NCBI RefSeq assembly: GCF_028464065.1
Contig: NZ_CP116808.1
Span: 1,071,886 to 1,135,885 of the forward strand
DNA length: 64,000 nucleotides
Source: Saprospira sp. CCB-QB6
GTDB taxonomy: Bacteria; Bacteroidota; Bacteroidia; Chitinophagales; Saprospiraceae
Direction of reading: 5' to 3'
Shown: piece after piece, positions 60,057-64,000 of the stretch
Layout of the letters: each line of letters opens with the position of its first letter
How positions within the stretch are numbered: the first letter of the stretch is position 1
Made by a program: the position numbers and the translations under genes
Notes under the pieces: model-generated
Database searches by the model: none
Told to the model about the DNA's origin: nothing
What the model saw: only the letters and a program-made list of their open reading frames with translations

Positions 60057-61088
60057 TTATTTTTTACCCAAGGGCCAGCTTTGCTGTAACCACTCACTAC
60101 TTTTTTGCCACCATTCTAGCATAGGGTGGTTATTCTCTTCTGTTGTTGACAACTGCTCTAAAATTGGATCCTCAGCTTTAGGCGTTTGTTTTTCACTCAA
60201 AATGGCTAAAAATCGAGCAATTTTATCAATAGCTTGTTGGGCTTCGGGCACATAAGCCCAGGCAAACTGCCAAACATGCGGCATACCCTCCCAGAGGTCC
60301 ACCCAAATTTTGGCCCCAGCTGCGGCGGCTTTTTCGCCTAGGCGGCGGCTATCATCTAAGAGAATTTCGGCAGTACCTACCTGCACCAAAATAGGGGCTG
60401 TATCCTTCCAATCGCCAAACAAAGGCGAAACCAAAGGCGAATTGGGAGCCAACTCTCCATAATAAGATTTGGCCCAATCCCCAGCATGTTCAGCCAATAG
60501 GATTGGGTCATTTTTTTGGCAACTTTCTAAGCTTTCGCCAGACAAGGTCAAATCGGTCCAAGGAGAGAGCACCACCGCCCCCAAAGGTTGGGGCAAATGG
60601 ATCTCTTTAAGTTTTAGGAGTAAACTGAGGGCCAAACCACCTCCAGCAGAATCGCCCATCACAAAAATGGATTGAGGAGAATAGCCTTGGTCCAATAAAT
60701 AGCGGTAAGCCGAAAGCGCGTCATTTAATCCAGCTGGAAAAGGATGTTCCGGCGCCAAGCGATAATTTACACTTAGGGCGGGAATGCCTGACTGATCTAC
60801 AATTTTGCCCACCAAAGCCCGATGTGCCCTAGCCGATCCCAACACAAAGCCCCCGCCATGTAGGTATAAAATTATCTTGGGGCTATTATTCTCTTTTGGG
60901 CGACAAAACTCTGCCGAGCAGTTGGGCAGTTCTATTTCCTCATAATTGAGCTCTTTTGGAGCCGACAAGCGGGCCAAGGCTTTATCGTGTTCTTTTCTCA
61001 TTCGCTCAATATCATCTAAATAATTGAGGCTCACTTGGCGCATGGCGCGCATAGCGTATTTGACAAAGGTCGATTGTATACTTGGCAT
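60057..61088 (-). CDS. Alpha/beta hydrolase, HSL-family esterase/lipase.
   Basis: HGGGF oxyanion motif and GDSAGG nucleophile elbow. Confidence 0.8.
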   Translation of the reverse strand: MPSIQSTFVKYAMRAMRQVSLNYLDDIERMRKEHDKALARLSAPKELNYEEIELPNCSAEFCRPKENNSPKIILYLHGGGFVLGSARAHRALVGKIVDQSGIPALSVNYRLAPEHPFPAGLNDALSAYRYLLDQGYSPQSIFVMGDSAGGGLALSLLLKLKEIHLPQPLGAVVLSPWTDLTLSGESLESCQKNDPILLAEHAGDWAKSYYGELAPNSPLVSPLFGDWKDTAPILVQVGTAEILLDDSRRLGEKAAAAGAKIWVDLWEGMPHVWQFAWAYVPEAQQAIDKIARFLAILSEKQTPKAEDPILEQLSTTEENNHPMLEWWQKSSEWLQQSWPLGKK

Positions 61089-61127
61089 AGTTCTGACTTA
61101 ATTAAACGCGTGATGACCAAAGAAAAG

Positions 61128-61268
61128 GGGGCGCAAATGGCCCAGCGCTGCGCAGCGGTGGCCGCAGGCCAGACCCAGCGGGCAAAGCCCGCGCAGGGCC
61201 GAGCAGACCTGCGAGCCGCGAAGCATAGCGGCGGCCAAGCTAGCCTTTGGCTAGCTGGCCGCGGGCCC
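61128..61268. repeat. Family A GC-rich repeat.
   Basis: gcgctgcgcagcggtggccgcaggccagacccagcgggcaaagcccgcgcagggccgagcagacc. Confidence 0.8.
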
Positions 61269-61546
61269 CTAAAGAACAAAATAAGGAGCTGCTTTAAGCC
61301 TTTGGAAACAGAAAAATAACAAAGATAAAGGAGGAGCAGCTAAAAAATCAGTTATTTTACTTTTTAGGGAATCGTTTCGTTCCCGAACGCATTAAAAAAC
61401 GCCTAAAAGGGGCAAATTTATTAGTCTGCTGCTGCCAAAAGGTCATTTTTAAATGAGTTCCTCGTATTTTCAGCCTCAACTCCTAATTTAACTGAAGAAC
61501 TTACTGGGCAGTGCGGCCAGAGGTTTAATTTAATCTAAGATATCTT

Positions 61547-63553
61547 ATGCCAAAATTATTGAAACTTACCATGATGGTCCTATTTCTTTTGCCGCTTAGT
61601 TTGGGGGCTCAAGATACTGATGGGCTATACAATGTAAACATGAAATTTTATCATTTGGACCTTGATATAGACATTGACAATCCTAAAATCAAGGGCAAGG
61701 TCTATATGGAATTTGTAGCGGTTAAAGACCAGGTAGAAACGCTTTATTTGGACCTTGGCGAGGGGATGGAAATAACAAAAATCGATGGTGCGGCCTCTTT
61801 TGAACGAGAAGGGGAGGAAGTCTTGGTTAAGCTATCGAGCCGTCCGTTGCGCAAAGAAGAAAGAGGTAAAATCACGGTGCATTATGAGGGTGTTCCAGAA
61901 AATGAGCAGGTTAATGTCGATGGAGAAACCGTAACCAAAGGGTTACTAGTCAAAAACCGTGGAAAGGATAAATTTCAGAGTCGCTTAGTTGCCTTAGCGG
62001 CTTATCCTCAGGCGGGTTATCGTTGGTTTCCCTGCCGCAGAGGTATTGGGGACAAGGTAGATTCTGTTTATGTAGATGTGAGCATCCCCGTTCGTTTTAG
62101 TACGGCTATGGTACAAGAAAAAGAGCGAAAAATTCCCTATACAGCCATATCTAATGGTGTTTTGGAAGGGACAGAAATTATCGAAGATGGCAAAAAGCGC
62201 AAATTTAAATGGCGTCACCGTCATCGTATTGCGCCCCACCACTTGACCATTGCTATTTCTAATTTTGCCAAAATGGAAGTGGAGTACAAAGCCAAAGGCT
62301 ATAGCTTCCCGATCAACTTTTATATCTTTCCAGAGCATTTGGAAGAAGCCAATGCAACGATCAATCGCTCTAAGGAAATCATGGCTTGTTTGAGCCGCAC
62401 TTTTGGCCCCTACCCCTATAAAGATGAAGGCTTTAGCGTCATTGAATTGGGCTTGCCTTTAGGTCTAGATGGTATGCCCACCCAAACAGCAGTTTTGGTA
62501 GAAGACCTCAAGAGCTTTCATATGTACCAAGTGGTGCACCAAGCAGCCAATATGTGGTTTGGCAACCATATTTCGCCAGAAGCTTGGCAGGATGCCTGGA
62601 TCACGGAAGCCCTAGCCACCTATGCCGAAGCCACCTGGCAAGAGTATAAGCGTGGACTAAACGTTTACCAAATTATTTTGGACCAAAAGGAATACTACGA
62701 AGGCGGAAAACTCTATTTGGATAATATCAATGAGTACTCTCAAGAACGCCTCTCTAAAAAGGGCATGTATGTAATTCACATGCTTCGCGGCATTATGGGC
62801 GACGAATATTTTTACGAAACCCTCAAGGGAATTACCGAACTCAAAAGAGGCAAAAGCACCTATTTGAGTACCGAGCGCTTTAGAGAAATTTGCGAATATT
62901 ACGCTAGTGAAAATGAGCCCAAAGACTTCAAATACTTCTTTGATCAATGGGTATTTGGCGAATATTACCCCACCTATAAAGTAGAGTATGAAAAAAGCCG
63001 CAACGGCATCAATCTACGCATCCTACAAGAAAAAGTAGAAGGCCAAGAACAATTCTTTGAAATGCCCGCCCGCCTTCGCTTTACCCTAGAAGATGGCAGC
63101 ACAGTAGAAAAGGTCGTGCAACTCAAGGCCCAAGCCGATCAAAGTATAGAAGTCGAGCTAGAGCAAAACTTTAATAAACTCGAATTCGATCCCTTCAACT
63201 GGATTTTTAAAGACCTACAATATACCCGAGAGATTCTCTCTAGCCGCAGCCCCATCGAAAACATGAGCATTACGACTAGCCAAGGCCGTCGAAAAATTGC
63301 CCTTAGCTTCGATAGCCCCAAAAAACAAAATATCGAAATCCAACTCATCCAAAAAGCCAATGGAGTCGATATCCTAGAAGATAAGATACTTCAAAGCCAA
63401 GAGCTGAAAAAAATCAAGGGCCAAAAAGAACTGAGCTTCAAATTGCCCGTTCCGCCCAAAAGCCGAGGCGTTTTCGAACTCAAAATTATCGGAAAATCAG
63501 ATGTCTTTTCTAAGGTCATCCGCGTCACTCAGCTAGAAGAACGCTTTAAATAA
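61547..63553 (+). CDS. Secreted M1-peptidase-family homologue with a degenerate zinc site.
   Basis: Region HQAANMWFGNH...WITEALATYAE aligns to the M1 HEXXH-x18-E motif (HELAHQWFGN...WLNEGFATY). The catalytic Glu and second His are replaced (HQAAN). Confidence 0.55.
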   Translation: MPKLLKLTMMVLFLLPLSLGAQDTDGLYNVNMKFYHLDLDIDIDNPKIKGKVYMEFVAVKDQVETLYLDLGEGMEITKIDGAASFEREGEEVLVKLSSRPLRKEERGKITVHYEGVPENEQVNVDGETVTKGLLVKNRGKDKFQSRLVALAAYPQAGYRWFPCRRGIGDKVDSVYVDVSIPVRFSTAMVQEKERKIPYTAISNGVLEGTEIIEDGKKRKFKWRHRHRIAPHHLTIAISNFAKMEVEYKAKGYSFPINFYIFPEHLEEANATINRSKEIMACLSRTFGPYPYKDEGFSVIELGLPLGLDGMPTQTAVLVEDLKSFHMYQVVHQAANMWFGNHISPEAWQDAWITEALATYAEATWQEYKRGLNVYQIILDQKEYYEGGKLYLDNINEYSQERLSKKGMYVIHMLRGIMGDEYFYETLKGITELKRGKSTYLSTERFREICEYYASENEPKDFKYFFDQWVFGEYYPTYKVEYEKSRNGINLRILQEKVEGQEQFFEMPARLRFTLEDGSTVEKVVQLKAQADQSIEVELEQNFNKLEFDPFNWIFKDLQYTREILSSRSPIENMSITTSQGRRKIALSFDSPKKQNIEIQLIQKANGVDILEDKILQSQELKKIKGQKELSFKLPVPPKSRGVFELKIIGKSDVFSKVIRVTQLEERFK

Positions 63554-63607
63554 AAAAGCACTTTTGCAATACATTCATAAGGCTAGTCCATTTTTGGGCT
63601 AGCCTTT

Positions 63608-63742
63608 TTTTGGGGCCTGCCGCCTTCGGCGGCCGGGCCCCTACAAGGCTCGCAGGCCTGCTCGGCCCTGCGCGGGCTTCGCCCGCTGGGTCTGGCCTGC
63701 GGCCACCTTTTTGGGCCCCTAGGCCTGCGGCCCTTCGGGCCT
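63608..63742. repeat. Family A GC-rich repeat.
   Basis: gggcctgccgccttcggcggcc...ctcggccctgcgcgggcttcgcccgctgggtctggcctgcggccacc. Confidence 0.8.
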
Positions 63743-63868
63743 GTAGTGTCCTGAAATTCATATTCAGAATAATTTCAAATCAGAACTTAAAATAAGAAAA
63801 AGCACAATTCAACTAATAAAATTTTAAATTAGAGGGCAAACCAATTCTTCATTACAACCTTACAATGT

Positions 63869-64000
63869 ATGCGTATACTTTATGCTTTTGCCGCTGCCTT
63901 GCTGCTCTCTAGTTTTGGGCTTCAGGCCCAAACAGGAGCAGGAGACTGGCTAGAACTCAAGTCAGGCAGAGAATTTATTGCTGCTGATCTCAGTAGTTTT
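63869..64000 (+). CDS. Secreted hypothetical protein, 3'-partial at the window end.
   Basis: Hand translation gives MRILYAFAAALLLSSFGLQAQTGAGDWLELKSG..., a signal peptide with the AQ cleavage motif. Confidence 0.4.
   Translation, partial: MRILYAFAAALLLSSFGLQAQTGAGDWLELKSGREFIAADLSSF

Noticed and set aside
61031-61319. ORFs 61031-61279 (-) and 61035-61319 (+).
   Set aside because: Inside a family A repeat.
63546-63795. ORFs 63546-63761 (-) and 63610-63795 (+).
   Set aside because: Inside a family A repeat.

Overview
This is a 64-kb chromosomal window from a Bacteroidota-type genome. The assignment rests on the clade-typical BshA, ExbB/ExbD and OmpA/PorT-like genes and on tRNA promoters with the -33 TTTG / -7 TAnnTTTG architecture. 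A Saprospiraceae-like origin is a guess only. Gene content is mostly housekeeping, and everything below is by eye; nothing was computed.

Confidently recognised genes:
- Chaperone and stress genes: grpE-dnaJ, dnaK, relA/spoT, msrB.
- Metabolic genes: metK, bshA, a 4-hydroxyphenylpyruvate dioxygenase, an enoyl-CoA hydratase, a GAPDH with an N-terminal extension, and diphosphomevalonate decarboxylase (mevalonate pathway).
- Envelope and protease genes: sppA, and an exbB-exbD-exbD cluster.
- Signalling and cell-shape genes: a two-component system (7TM protein, NarL-type kinase, LuxR-type regulator), and bactofilin with a polysaccharide deacetylase.
- Three tRNAs: Ser-GGA, Pro-GGG and Phe-GAA.

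The most unusual aspects are structural.
- Repeats: almost every intergenic gap, about 20 loci, is occupied by GC-rich hairpin-rich repeats. There are at least three families. Family A is about 150-250 bp with a terminal GGGGCTGCCCC motif. Family B has 25-bp inverted ends. Family C is REP-like, with two-hairpin modules built on a palindromic GGTT-NN-AACC core and stems that covary between copies. All three families are nested together in a hotspot next to tRNA-Pro, and family A copies also sit inside operons.
- Tandem array: a 41-bp unit is repeated about 9.5 times between relA/spoT and a hypothetical gene, with block-wise variants and an internal hairpin.
- Membrane-protein array: an operon of five paralogous small membrane proteins, three of which end in a conserved C-terminal SDILDADI/DDILDAGL motif, is followed by a large polytopic membrane protein.
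- Degenerate peptidase: a secreted M1-peptidase homologue has a degenerate zinc site, HQAAN in place of HEXXH.
- Left-edge island: an AT-rich island holds a translationally coupled gene pair with an ATGA overlap.
- Small protein: a 57-aa DUF2256-type protein falls below the ORF-track cutoff.

Many ORF-track entries that lie entirely inside the GC-rich repeats are rejected as spurious.
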